Positions 11,635 through 25,019 of a stretch of DNA of 64,000 nucleotides are shown piece by piece. Within the stretch, counting starts at the first letter, position 1; each line of letters opens with the position of its first letter. The position numbers were made by a program, and so were the translations under genes. The notes beneath the pieces are model-generated. The model was not told the DNA's origin and did no database searches. It saw only the letters and a list, made by a program, of their open reading frames with translations. The stretch covers positions 806,001 to 870,000 of the forward strand of contig CP075495.1 in NCBI GenBank assembly GCA_021613535.1. Direction: 5' to 3'. Source of the stretch: Adineta vaga (lineage: Eukaryota > Animalia > Rotifera).

Positions 11635-13291
11635 TCAACTATGCAGAAAAAATGATTCAATCAATCGAAATAAAGGAAAAGTAATTCCTGTAAAAATAAA
11701 TGTACATAGAAATCCTAAATCTGGCCCTTGTTCTTGATTATTTGTAGATAATGCTGTTGCAATAGGACCTTGGTACCATTTTTGTGACATACCAAGACTA
11801 AATCCAATAATTCCAATAAAACCAGAAAATATTGCAGCAAAACTAATTCGTAAATCTTTTCGATTATTCCACAAATTAAAATTATAATTTTCATATGAAC
11901 AACGTCGAAAGATGAAATGTTCTTCTAATAGAATTGTTATAAAAATTGAAACAAAACATAAACAAAGACTCATAAATGATACCAATGATTCATTAAAATG
12001 ATCTTCTGAAATAAGAGCTAAAATAACATAAAGAATAGTACTAATAATAGCATAGAATATTCGTGGAATATGTTGAAATATGGGTGCAATGACTTGAAAA
12101 GATAATGAAGAAGAATAAGTATTCATAACATTAGTTGAAATTGTTGATAAAGAAAAGAGAAGAAGTAAAAATTTACCAAAAATACCTAACGATGAAACAG
12201 TTGCACCTAATAATCCACCTACATTGTTTATTTTATAAGCATGAGCCCAATTTTCATTTGTATAAGTTCCAATATAAACAGCTGTACCAAGAAATTGTAA
12301 TGGAATTATTCCAACAAAATTTCCAAGATAAGTAAAGAGAAAGATTTTCATTTGACTGGAATTTTCCGGTAAATAAGTATTATAATCAGCTGCGACAGAA
12401 CTCCAACTCAATGGATTTGCAATACATAAAGCACCAAAACTGATTATACTAAAATAATTCCATTTATTCTCTGAAATTATCTACAAATTCTTTGATTAAA
12501 ATATTTTAATAATATTTCAAATAAAATTTTACCTTTTGAGAATATTTTATATTTTTAACACTACAAATAGCAACAATACAAAATGCAATAAATATTGGTA
12601 TCCAAGAATATTGTTCATAATGATGAATCCATTTATAACCAACAAATGAAACAATCAAAACAATAAGAGAAATAATAATAATTCCAAAAGCAATAGATAA
12701 TTGATTGTCAAATACAACACGCAATGCTTGAGCACTCGTGATACTATAAATCGCTGACCATCCAAGTCCAGAAATAATTACACAAAATCCTATAATTGAT
12801 GCACCATAATAACCCCAACTATAACGACCAAAAACCGTTGTACGTAAACCAGATGCTGGACCAAAACAAGAAATGATTGCTATTGGAATAATTCCAATAG
12901 AATTGAATAGAAATATCGTAAAGAATGATTGATATAAAGTTAATTTAAATATAGATGGACCGAGTATTCCAGTAGTAAAACATGGAATGTTGATATTTGC
13001 AGAAATCTTAAAAAATAGATAAAGTATAGAAATATTTGATTTGTATTTTATAAAATTATATACCCAAATAATTGATTTACTCAGAATAGAAGAATCAATT
13101 CGTTCTTCAGGAAGAATACGTTCAATACCACGTGTTTCAACACCAGTAAGATCAAGTTTTTTGATAAATCGTTCTAATCGATTGAGTTTTGAGTTTGATT
13201 GTGTATAAGATGGATTTTGAATACTTTGATAATCAGTATTTTGATGAACAGAATTCAATGGCAATTCTGATGATTGTTCATCTTTTGACAT
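11635..13291 (-). CDS. Purine-cytosine permease, NCS1/FCY2 type (exons 13291-13064, 13006-12533, 12480-11635)
   Basis: GVETRGIERILPEER, W|ISAN, FGPASGLRTTVFGRYSWG, SWSSVAADYNTYLP, LEEHFIFRR, GMSQKWYQGPIA, DLGF; about 12 TM segments; 57-nt and 52-nt GT-AG introns. Confidence 0.9.
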
Positions 13292-14501
13292 CTTCTTATC
13301 AACCAAGATGATTAATCAAACCCATAAAATAGAAAAGCGATGAATGAAACTAAACTAGTAGAATTAGTCAAGCGTTAATTATCACATGTGCGCCAAGGTA
13401 ATGAAGAGAAAAACATTGATTACATTTGTATAAATGACTAAAAGTAAGAAAAGTATATTCTTTGAATAACGTTGATTATTGATGCATTTTTCTTTTTCAC
13501 TTGTGCACATGAGTCTGTGGATATAAATGTATAATCATATTACTCAAACTCGTACACCCTTCGTTTTTTTCGAATTCCAAAAAGAATGGTTTAGCTGTCG
13601 TATAAACAATATCTTGACATTTACTTATACTAAAACTAATCTCTATTTGATAAAATTCAATAACTGAAAAGTTTCATCTATTCGTAATTGTAAAAACAAA
13701 CTGATTTGCATTAGAAAATAAACTAATTTATTCAGATTAAATTTATCGAATCCAAGAAGTATTCATTGATTATGTTATATTTATGCTATTGTACTACCAT
13801 TATACAAAATAATGATCAACATCATATACATTTCTTTACATCGTGTAATGCTAATCATTGGTTACAAGATAAATTTTTCTATTAAAACTAAGATTAGTAT
13901 TTAGTATAGATTGTATCTAAGTACATGACGATTTGAATGATAAATAGACATATCTCTTTAATCAAGTTTTGATAAAAATTTAGTCTAGTAAGTATCTGAA
14001 TCAATAATTGTTTCAATCAAATTCAAAAATACAATTTTATTGGAAGATTTGTGTTTATTAAAATTATCTGTCGCAGAAATTCTACGCTTTTACTTCTCAG
14101 TTTGTTCCATCGTAGTTCGAGTAAAGTGAGTGTTTGTGTGAAAGAAGAAGAAGAAGTGTTCCCCACACTTTATTCACTTGATGAATATTAGTCAGATGTT
14201 CAACTCCTGAAACTATAATGAATAGACATGTTTGCAATTCAATGTAGAGTTTATTATATCTCTTGAGAATGTGAATATGAATCTCCTCTCACCTTCATCA
14301 TATGAAACTTGTTTTATTCGAATGAGACAAGTCTTTTGCTTTTAAAAAATAGAAAAATAAAAATTCTTTTATCCGATATCGATGGTAACTGAAATAATTG
14401 TTACTCGTTTTCTTCTTATCTTTCTTTTGTCGGAGAAACATTTCAGAAATATCCATTAATGATTCTATATTTCATCTGTATCAATATATGCGAATTAAAT
14501 C

Positions 14502-14672
14502 TTGAGGAATGTGGATCATTTATCGATTTGAAAACCTCGTAGATCCTATTGTGAGCTAATTTATTTTACTGACAAAGAAATGTATATGAACACAATAGAA
14601 TTGATCGTAATTGTTTGCTCATTCCGATCTTTCTGTTAAAAAGTATTTTTATCTGCATATTATTCGAGTATA
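14502..14672 (+). repeat. Left arm of an ~170-bp inverted repeat (partner 18361-18531)
   Basis: Core AATTGATCGTAATTGTTTGCTCATTCCGATCTTTCTGTTAAAAAGTATTTTTATCTGCATAT matches the reverse complement of the right arm exactly; outer part diverged. Confidence 0.85.
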
Positions 14673-15110
14673 ATTCAAATGAAGTAACAATCAACGTTAA
14701 TAATCTTGTGTTAAATTCATTCGAAATGACTGAAATTCATACTATGCATTTATGTATAAATATTAATCGAGTATTTAAACAAATACTTTTTCTCCATGTA
14801 TATAATTTACAATTTATTAAAATGTTAAATAGAAACAAAAATATTCATTAACATGTATTCAAAATCATTACGCATAATTCATTCTTCAAAGTCAGATCAT
14901 TTTTAACTAAAGTTATCTACAATTCATATGTCTATTCTTTGTATCAAGCGAAAGCACTTTCTATAATTGAATGATGTTTCAATATGTAACAAAAAAGAAG
15001 TTTCTTTTCAATAGAAAAACATTCGACCTTAATGAAATAGATTTTTATTTAATAATAGAAAAAAAGAAAACGTTTTCTTCAATATAATTTACTCGTACAT
15101 CTTAGTTTTC

Positions 15111-18060
15111 TTATATTTCTTCGGTGGTTATTTGAGTACTCGCTTGAAGTTGTTCCGACATCATTGGATATTCTTTGATACGATTTAGTAAACTTTGAAT
15201 AGATTCTAAATCATCACGTTCACCTTTTCGTAAATTCTTTTGGATATTTTGTATATAAATATGTTTAGTTACAACAAGTTGATCATATAGTTTTGAATTA
15301 AAAGTATTAAAAGCTTTATTCTGATTAATCCACATTTCATCATTAGTCATCTGTTCTAAATATGATAAAAATAAATCTTCACCTGGTCCGTCATACGTTT
15401 GAAGAAGATAAAAAGATAAATGTGCACTTTAACAAAGAAGTCTTTCAATAAAATTTGATATTTCATTTGGATGATATATTGGTGGATTATTTGAATAATG
15501 ATATTCTAAATAATATAAAATAGGAAAATGTTTTTTTGAATTACATGAACATGTTTGACATTTATTAGAAAAATCATGTAATGAATCAGATAAAATCCAA
15601 AATTGTTCATATTGTTTAGATTGACGATGACATGAATAACGTAGAGCAAAATTAGGTCCAAGTGATTTTGGTCGAAGTTCAATTGAAGAAAATGAAGTAG
15701 AATATCGATATAAAATTTCTTATTGTTTCAAATATTGGACGAATAATTTGTTTGATTTCAAAACGAATTAATTCAACTTGAGAAGATGATTGAATTTTAA
15801 CTAATTCTGGAGTTTGAATATTATCGTGATTAAAAGTTGAAATATTCATTGGAAAAACTTTGATTTGATTTAATTCAAATTTTGAATAAGAAAAATCATA
15901 ATAAAAATGATCTTGTTTTTGTTTTTGATTAATTTCTTTTAATAAGTCATTTAATTGATTCCAATTACGTTTATTTAAATAATCATTTGAACAAATAATT
16001 CTTTGAGATTTATTTTTAATTAATTGTTTTTCCATTAATTCATCATTTTCATTTTGTTGAAAAGAAAATTCTTTAGCATTGATATATTTAAATCCTCATA
16101 TTTCTAATTGATTAATAAAATCAGTTTTAGTTTTTAAACTAGTTAAATGAAATAATAAATCATCTATTATTCTTTTTAATTTTGTTTGATTTTCTTCGGA
16201 TAAAAGTTTATATTTATTTATTTTATCATAATTATTTGTTTGATGAAGATAAATAATTAAATTTTGAATTTCACTTTTCTCTTTATTAAATTAATTTTCT
16301 AAGGAAATTAAAATTCGTTTTTTGTTCATTCAATTGTTTAGGAAGGTATTTGTCAAGTAAATTTGATGTTTTTATATCAATTATTGTTGTTAACATTTGT
16401 TTTCCAAATAATAAACGAAAAAAATATTGTTCAATTATTTCAGATATTTTTATTTGAATTGGAAAATAAAGATTTGATTGAGAAGATGAAGATAAAGAAT
16501 GTTTAATTGCATGAAGAAAATATATTATTGGTCAATGTATATTTGATCGTTGTTGAATATCTTTAATTGAATTATAAATATCAATAATTGTTTTTTGTTC
16601 AATTAGAAAAGGAATATTTGAATAAATATAAAAAGATGAAATTTGTTCAATTGAATATTTATTATTATCATTGAATTTATTATCATTTTTAAGACATTCA
16701 CATAAATCATTGAGTATTTGATCAATTATATCGATTTGTTTAGTTTTTAATCTTAAAAGTAATACAATTTCAATTCCATAATGAATTTTTCTAATAAAAT
16801 CTGTTGTTAATTGTTGAATATTGCTCAATTGTTTTTCATCAAGTTTTGTTTGTTTTGTAATTGATGAATAATAAAAAAAGACGAGTATTTTCATCAATTA
16901 AATAAGGATAATTAATAATTAATGAAATACCAGAAGATGAAGTCAGATTAGATAATAAACTTAAACGAAGATTATTATCAAATTTAAGAAATTCTAATAA
17001 ATTTTGAAATTGAATTTTATAACCTCATTTAATAAAACAATCTTTTACATTTTGTTTTTCTTCTTTAATTAAATCCAAATAATTTTCATTTGATTTAATA
17101 ATTGTATCATTAGAAGTATTATAATAATCTACGATCGAACCATTTGAATCAATAACTTTTCTTTGAATTTCTATCAAAATTTATTAAAGAATTAATTAAT
17201 GAATCTTCATTTTGGTTTCTAAACCATAATTCACCTTCAAAACAAAGACAATTATAAATGTTTAAAAGAAGATCTTTTGCATAAATTTCTCGACGCCATT
17301 TCTCAGGTAATTTATTAAATCCATAAATAGCAGCAGTTGTATCAGTATCATCTCCAAGATTAATTCCATCAAGAACACCTTTTTTAAACGAATCTTCGTC
17401 ATTCCAAAAAGCCCATAAAGCAGCTTCAAGTGCTTGAACAACATAACCTTTTCCTCGAATTCCATCATTATAATCACCACGCTTTTTAAATGATCCTTCA
17501 GCAATGTTAATAATATCTTGATGAAGTTTATCATTTCTAAACCAATGTTGATATTTTAAATGAAAATCTTTATCAAGTAATTCTTCTTTAGTTTTTCCTT
17601 GAAGCGCAGCAACAATTACAGCTGCATAATATCGACAAGCATCAATTGCTTTTTTATCTCCATGTGTTATTTGTGCACTTAAACCAGAATATAAAACAGC
17701 TTTTTCAGGTATTTGATAGAAAAAAAGTGGAACTGGTGAAAGACGCATCAACGCTCCATTACCAGCGACCCCTTCTTTACTACAATTAACATCAAATAAT
17801 TGAAGATATTCTTCATTATTTAATCGATCCATTTCTTCAATTGAAATTCCACATTTTTGTGCAGCATTTTTTTGTTTTAATTCAAATTCTTGAATTGATT
17901 GTCTTGCTGGTTGACCAATATTAAAACAATGACCAGTTGATGACATATATCCATAACGATACCACCATTTATAACGTACTAATTGATCATATGGATTAAA
18001 ATCATGACAAGCAATTAACGAATTTGATAAACAAAGTGCCATTGATGTATCATCAGTAAA
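15111..18060 (-). pseudogene. ADP-ribosylglycohydrolase (ARH/DraG family) fused to a stonustoxin/MACPF-like region, decayed and 5'-truncated
   Basis: FTDDTSMALCL, GNGALMRLSPV, ITHGD, LGDDTDTTAAIYG. Downstream, across frameshifts and stops: RKVIDSNGSIVDYYN...NLLEFLKFDNNLRLSLLSNLTSSSG...DFIRKIHYGIEIVLLL, and a Cys-rich CQTCSC...H tail. Confidence 0.7.
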
Positions 18061-18360
18061 CTTCATGTGAATTAAATGAATAAATTTGAATCGATAATGA
18101 TCACACTGAATGAGGAAAAACTTTGGATTTTTATTTCACTATGAAAAGTTTACTTTGCATCTCAAACATACGTAAAAGTGAAATCAATTTTTACTAGCAT
18201 TCGTAGTACATTGGATCGACTCGGATCTTCATTCAATTTGTTTTAACTTCCGTAATTAATTTATTATCATGAAGATATCATATTGTTGAATTTCCTTGTC
18301 AAACGTTTCATTTCTATCTCAAATGTTTGTAAGTAATCAACTCTAGATTTTGTGCTTATC

Positions 18361-18531
18361 TATACTCTAATGATATGCAGATAAAAATACTTTTTAACAG
18401 AAAGATCGGAATGAGCAAACAATTACGATCAATTCTGTTGTGTTCATATACATTCCTTTTTCCAGAAAAATACCTTAACTCATAGAGGGACCTGCGAGGT
18501 TTTCAAATCGATAAGTGATCTACATTCCTCG
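18361..18531 (-). repeat. Right arm of the inverted repeat (partner 14502-14672)
   Basis: Reverse complement aligns to 14502-14672. Confidence 0.85.
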
Positions 18532-18651
18532 ATGATGAGAGAACACATTTTTATTTCGATGTGCTGAGTATCGTAAAGCCGGTTCCGTACCAGAAATTAG
18601 TTTGAATCTATTCCCAAAACTGGCTCTTTTCTTGATACGTGTAGCATTTAG

Positions 18652-18990
18652 ACAATTACCTCTTTACAACCCTATTCAAACAATATCAGAGGACAAAGTG
18701 TACATCATTTGACTGATGCCTTACAATTCAATAAAGTAGTCTTTAATCATTCTTCATCTTGTTTAGACACTTACCACATTATATCTCTCACGAAATCGAA
18801 TCGGAGATCAAGGAGCACAGAATTTGGCTATTGCACTACGAGACAATACTGTACTTTTCATTCAATCTGATCTTTCCTACTCAGTTATATATATTTTCTT
18901 GTGCAGACACTCACACTACTAAATCTTTGGAATACTGACATTGGAGATCGAGGGGAACAGTATTTTGCTAATCTACTCCAAGTCAATAAG
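18652..18990 (+). pseudogene. Three 84-nt ribonuclease-inhibitor-type LRR exons (NLRC3-like), upstream part degenerate
   Basis: Exons 18652-18735, 18767-18850 (TLTTLYLSRNRIGDQGAQNLAIALRDNT) and 18907-18990, each 28 codons and bounded by AG/GT. Confidence 0.7.
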
Positions 18991-19391
18991 GTAGTTTTCA
19001 TATCCTTGTTATTTATATAAAATATTCATGACTATTTTGTTCTTTTATAATATTGTCTTAGAAGGACTTCGCTATAACGAGGAATATCAATATGTATATT
19101 GTCAAGATATGAATTGAGAACATGGATGAATGTTTATATTTGAAATTATTGAAAAACTTGAGCTTACTGGTGTTGAAAGATGTGCATTTATTTTTACAGA
19201 AATTACTTTTCCTTTATTTTGATTGATCGGATCTAATATAAAATAGAAGAGAAATATTTGTTGTTATAGCTAAAACTAATTAAATGTGCACGTTTTAAAT
19301 AAAGAATATCGATTACATGAATGTCAATATTTTGATTTTATATAAAACATTTTCACTATATTATATTCTCTTCATTCTTTTTTTCTCAATC

Positions 19392-19916
19392 ATGTATATG
19401 ACTACTTTCTCATTAATCTTATTTATCGGTATAAACGATTTTTCTTTTTCAAAACATGAAAATCGTTTTTTGTTTTCTTCATCTTAGGAATTATTTCTTC
19501 GATAAATACATTGAATTGTTATTCATGTTTAAGTCGAGGAGAACACACAACTGATTGTCATGATCCATTGAATATCAATGGAACAGGAATTACAATCGTT
19601 TCTGTAACAACTACAGATGCAATTTGTACTGTAAGTGTAAAAAAGAAAGAAGATAAAACTAAAGTTTACTATTTATTTGTAGAAAATCGTTGGTAAATTG
19701 AATAATAACGAAAGATTTTCTCTACGAAAAGGAAGTTTAACTGGTTGTCCAAATGGATTGAATAGTAGCGAAATCGTTGGTAATTTAACTGATTTACAAG
19801 TAACTAATTTAAAGATCTATTGTTGTAATAAACATTTCTGTAATCATGGAGTAAAACGAGAAAGATTTCATTATTTTTTGTTGTTTTTTCTATTCATTAT
19901 AATGTATGTTATTTAA
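19392..19916 (+). CDS. Ly6/three-finger (quiver/sleepless-like) GPI-anchored protein, 3 exons
   Basis: MYMTTFSLILFIG|IISSINTLNCYSC...DCHDP...ICT|K...GCP...YCCNKHFCN plus hydrophobic tail. Confidence 0.82.
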
Positions 19917-20017
19917 TAAAAGAATGATATGAAAAAGCGACAATATTAGTTGAAATTTATTTTGTGTAGATTAAAAAGAAATAAGGCAAAGAAATTGAAA
20001 GTTTTGAAATGTTCTAT

Positions 20018-22148
20018 TTATTGAACAGTTGAAGTATTTTCTTTATGTAAATTTGTTTCAGCATTAATTTTCCGTTCAATATCGGCACAATATTTTTCTG
20101 GTACACCAGCTCGACTATAGAAGAGATAATATTGATTTTTTAAGAAAATAAATATTCAAAAATGATTTACCGTAGTTCTTCAAGTTTTTGTGTTTTAATT
20201 TGATCGAGTCGAACTCGACGTAATCGTGCTTCTTCTTCTCGTCGTACTCCTTCTTCAAAAAATTCTGCACGATCAACAACTTTTTGTTTTTCATGTCGAA
20301 CAATTTGTGCACGTAAATCATCAGCAAATCGTTGACGTTTTGAATTCCGTTGTAAATCTTCCATACGTTCTTTTTCTGCTTGAGTTAATTGTGCTCTAGA
20401 TATTCATTATGTCTTATATAAATGAAAGAAAATCATTGACTTACTTAAGTACACGTTCAAATTCAGCTCGTTCACGTGCTGCTTCAACAGCTAAATGTTG
20501 TTCTTTATTTTTAATTTGCCATTCACGTGCTAATCGCATTTCTTCTTCAGTTTGAGCTTTTTTTATTGTTTCGAATTTTTCTTTCTCTCGCCATTCACGT
20601 TCACGACGTTCTTGTTCACGTTTTGCTCTTAAGGCATCTTTATCCGCTTGTAAATCTCGTGCACGTTCTTGTTTAGCACGTAGACGAGCAACTTCACGTT
20701 CTTTTTCCGAACGTTTACGTTCAGCTTCAGCTTCTTGTGCGGCTTCACGTGCTGCTTTCGCTTTTTGAAATTCTAAAACAGCTAAATCAGCTTGACGATC
20801 CTGTTGTTTACGTAAGGCACGTTGTTCATCAATGTCACGATTTGCTTTCAAAAGTTCCGTCTAGATAAAAATCAAAAAACAAGATCGATTTATTCCAAAG
20901 ACAAATATTCTTACCGCTAATTTCTTTTGAACATTTTTTCGTTTACTATATTCTTCCCAATCTTTTTCCTGTAATTTCTGCATTGATTCAAGCATTGCTG
21001 CATTTTCATGTTCACGCATATCTTCACGATAGACTTTTTCTTTTTCATTTTCTTCAATTTGTTTTAAAACCATACTCGCACCTCTAAAATAATAAAAAAA
21101 GATGAAGAAATATTCAATCAAATGATTTACTCTTTAATTTGATAATGTCGTTTCTTTTCGATTTCTTCTTGAATTTTAATTGCATTAAGACGTTCAATTT
21201 CCATCATCATATCTAAACGTTTACTTTCTTCTTCCATTTCTTTTTTAATTTGTCGTTTTTCTAAAACTTGTGCATCACGAATCGCATGACATTTAGCATT
21301 TAAAACTAACTAAAAAGAAGACAATAAATGATTATTATTTAAATAAATCAAATCAATACAAACTTCATTTAAATGTTTAACTTCATCTTCTTGTTCTTGT
21401 CGAAGTTCATTGGCACGTTTTAATAAATATTCTGCTTCTTCTTTTGCTTCTTGTTCAATATCATCCAATGGTTCATTCTTTTTACGTTGTTGATCATATG
21501 CTTGCATTGTTTTCTTTCGACGTTCAAGTTCTTCCTTGAAAAAAAAAACAAACAAAAACGATGCAATGAAAGAAATGATTATTAAATTTAAAGAATTATA
21601 CTTCAATCCATTGTTGATTTCGTTTACTTTCTTCAACTTGATATTCACGTACATCTCGAGGATTCGAACGAACTGCTTGAGTTAAACGTTGATAAGTGTC
21701 ACCATTAATTATCACAGAAGTACAAGATGGATCTTCAGGTACACTTAATTGAAAAATAAAATTCATATTTTTTTATCAAAATGAACAAAAAAGAAACTTT
21801 ACATAATATCTCGAATAAGATCTTTAGTAATATGTCTAACGAATTCTTTTTTTACTGGACCAACTTGTCGTGTAATACATGATTGTGCTCGTCTAGCATT
21901 TCCATCATCTATAAAGAAAATATTTCATCTACAAAACAATGAGAATAAATTTTACCTTGAGTAGTTTGTCGTTCAGCTCTCATCTTTGCTGCTGTTGCTA
22001 CTCGATGTGGTGTTCCGAAAAGAGTTTCATCAACTTCCGATTGAGCATTAACAGTTCGATAACGATAATTATTTCCATTACGTCTTACATTAGCTGATCC
22101 AACACCATTTCCATTACGTGAACCACTTGATACTGATGCAGGAGACAT
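20018..22148 (-). CDS. CFAP45: Cilia- and flagella-associated protein 45, multi-exon
   Basis: RYRTVNAQSEVDETLFG, EQEDEVKHLNE, NAKCHAIRDAQVLEK, DALRAKREQERREREWR, EFFEEG, GVPEKYCADIERKI; long coiled coil. Confidence 0.88.
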
Positions 22149-22422
22149 ATTCTTTTTAGATTTTAGAAAAGAAAAGAAAACAGACAATGTTTTATTCACA
22201 TATCGCCATTACTCTTGTTCATTACCTATGGCAATGACCTCTATTGAATAAAATGAAAATTTTCATTAATTAGAAATTTCTATGAAAATTAATTCAATGA
22301 AATTCTTAAGAAAAAAATTCGTTTTTTAGAAGATCAAAAAAAAATTTGACTGATAAGAAAATGAGTCATTATAAGTTGGAAGTATATATCGACATCATTT
22401 TAAATATTATTTTATCAAAGTA

Positions 22423-23108
22423 ATGAGTGTCTTTCAACGTTTATTTGGTGGTTCAAAGAATGGTAAAGGAGAAAATCTTACATCTGATGAAGCAATTCAA
22501 CGTTTATCAAGTGTTGAAGATATTTTAAATAAGAAACAAGAATATTTAGAATCACAAATTGAAAATGAAAAAAGTAATGCATTACGTTGTTCGAAACAAG
22601 GAAACAAACGAGGAGCTTTAATGGCATTAAAACGAAAGAAAAAATGTGAAAATACATTGAAACAAATTGATGGAACATTAACAACATTAGAACTTCAACG
22701 TGAATCATTACAAAATGCTAAAAGTAATATGGAAATTTTACGTGTCATGAGATCTGCTGCTGGTACTTTGAAAAAAACTCATGATAATATGAATGTTGAT
22801 GATGTTCATGATTTAATGGATGATTTAGATGAACAAAATACTTTAGGTAAAAAATAAATGTAAATTTTGTCTTTATGTTTTGTGATAAAACTTTTCTCTT
22901 TTTAGCAAAAGAAATCGCCGATGCAATCTCGATGCCCGGATTAGGCGCATCAGATTTATACAATGATGCCGATTTAGAACGTGAATTAAATGAATTAGCT
23001 GAACTTGACGATCATGATCAAGATGTTTCACTTCCGGATGTACCAATACACAACAAAATCAAAGAAAAAAAAGATCCAACACGAGAACTCGAAGATTTCG
23101 CCATGTAA
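22423..23108 (+). CDS. CHMP4: ESCRT-III Snf7/CHMP4 family (intron 22847-22905)
   Basis: MSVFQRLFGG, EAIQRL, NKRGALMALKRKK, QIDGTLTTLELQRESL, VHDLMDDL...EIADAIS, LERELNEL. Confidence 0.9.
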
Positions 23109-23375
23109 TTACGATAAAAATAAACGATATATTTTTTGTGATACTTTATTTCTTTTCAACAAAGAAAAAAAAATCCGTTTATCTTTTTCATCATATAAGA
23201 TAATAATTAGTCAATATTGAATATCTTCTCTCAATGAGATAGATGTCGGTAGATGATAATGATTCATTTCTATTGCTTCTTTCGTATTGATGGATTAAAT
23301 TGTCCATTCTTCTTTCTTTTCTTTTTGTATTTTTTTCCCTACCAAATCATTTTCTTTTTCTTCATCGAACGATAA

Positions 23376-24342
23376 ATGCACGCACATTTTGCTCCTCCAC
23401 TTCAGGTTTGTTTTTCCCATGAAAGAAAAAAAAGAAGTTTTTCGTACAATTTACATTCCATCATTCAAATAGGCAGCCGTTGCAGCGGTTATGGCTCTAT
23501 CAAATACATCATCAGCTTCATCAACATCGGAAAGTCATGCATTAACACCTATTCATCAAACAGCAACTAAAAATGAATGGATGGAAGCGATTGAACAACC
23601 AACATTTAGAACGATCATCATTAAATCGTTTGATTATTAATTATCTTATCACTGGTAAACATATGAAGATTTTCTTTTCGATCGAAATCAATGTTTTCTT
23701 TTTCTTTTTTGCAGAAGGATTTAAAGAAGCAGCAGAAAAATTTGCAGAAGAAGCTGGAATGTCAATTAACGATATTGATTTAACATCAGTTGAAGAACGT
23801 TTAAAAATACGTGAAGCAATTGAAAATGGTAAAATTCAAAATGCAATTGATTTTATTAATAAAAAAGCACCAGAATTACTTGATCAAAATCGACAATTAG
23901 CATTTCATTTAAAGGTTATTTGTTTTTATTATTTTTTCATTCAATTAAATTTAATGAAACATTTTCTTTTTAGCAACAACATTTAATCGAATTAATTCGT
24001 TTGAATTTAATTGATGAAGCTTTAACTTATGCACAAATTCATCTTGCAGAATTTGCTGAAGATGAATTGGAAATGCGTCAAGAATTAGAAAAAACTATGG
24101 CTTTATTAGTTTTTGATAAACCATTAGAATCTCCTTATGGTTATTTAATGCAATTATCACATAGACAACAAGTTGCTAATGAAATCAATAGTGCACTTCT
24201 TATTGATCAAAATGAACAATCGGAATCGGATTTATCGATGTTAGTTCGAATGGTTACGTATATGCAAGACAAATTAGATAATAAATCATTACGTTATCCA
24301 AAATTAATCGATATTGCAACAGGAAAATTAGAAGATTGTTAA
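23376..24342 (+). CDS. GID8: GID8/TWA1 (LisH-CTLH-CRA) CTLH complex subunit, 4 exons, one apparent +1 indel near 23583
   Basis: LNRLIINYLIT|EGFKEAAEKF, ERLKIREAIENGKI, PELLDQN..L.FHLK|QQHLIELIR, LEKTMALLVF, RQQVANEINSA. Confidence 0.88.
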
Positions 24343-24447
24343 CGAAGATTTTCTTTCTTTTTTTTTATGTATATGTTTTGTTTTATGATTGTTTCAAAGA
24401 AACATTGATTTATTGGGAACAAAAATTCATTTCTTCTGATAACAACC

Positions 24448-24810
24448 ATGCGTTAGTTCTTATCTTTGAGAGATAAATCTTGATGTTTCTCATCATCAAA
24501 TAGACAGTCAGTCACACGGATTGAATATAATGGCGTATCAGACACAAACTGTTTATGAAACTAGTTTTCTTGTACCGGCACCAGTTCTTGTTTATCAAAC
24601 AACAGGAAATTGTCCAGCTTGTGGTGTAAGTGATGATTGAAGAAGAAAAATAAAATATGAATTGAAAAAGTTTTTCTTTAGATCGGATCTTTACAATCAG
24701 AAATGACATGTTTGGGTGTATTTTGTTGTATTGTTTTCTTTCCACTTGGACTTATTTGTTTGTTTCTATTACAAGATCAACGATGTTTACATTGTGGATA
24801 TTCAACATGA
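24448..24810 (+). CDS. BRI3 (brain protein I3)/LITAF-like small membrane protein, absent from the ORF track
   Basis: Spliced: ...VLVYQTTGNCPACG|IGSLQSEMTCLGVFCCIVFFPLGLICLFLLQDQRCLHCGYST*; CxxC-hydrophobic-CxxC layout; alternative ATG at 24530. Confidence 0.8.
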
Positions 24811-25019
24811 TAAAATATTTATTAATGTAGTTTTTTTTTCTGAATAAATTCATTTTGATCAGAGAAGAATGTAATACAAAATTCTTTTGTATAGTACAAG
24901 AAAAACATAATGCTTTAGGTAGAAATGAGATCTTTGATATGCATACTGTTATTTTACATGTACTTATCCTCTCGATTCAATCGTGTACGAAAGAAGTATG
25001 ATAATATTCTAACGAATGT

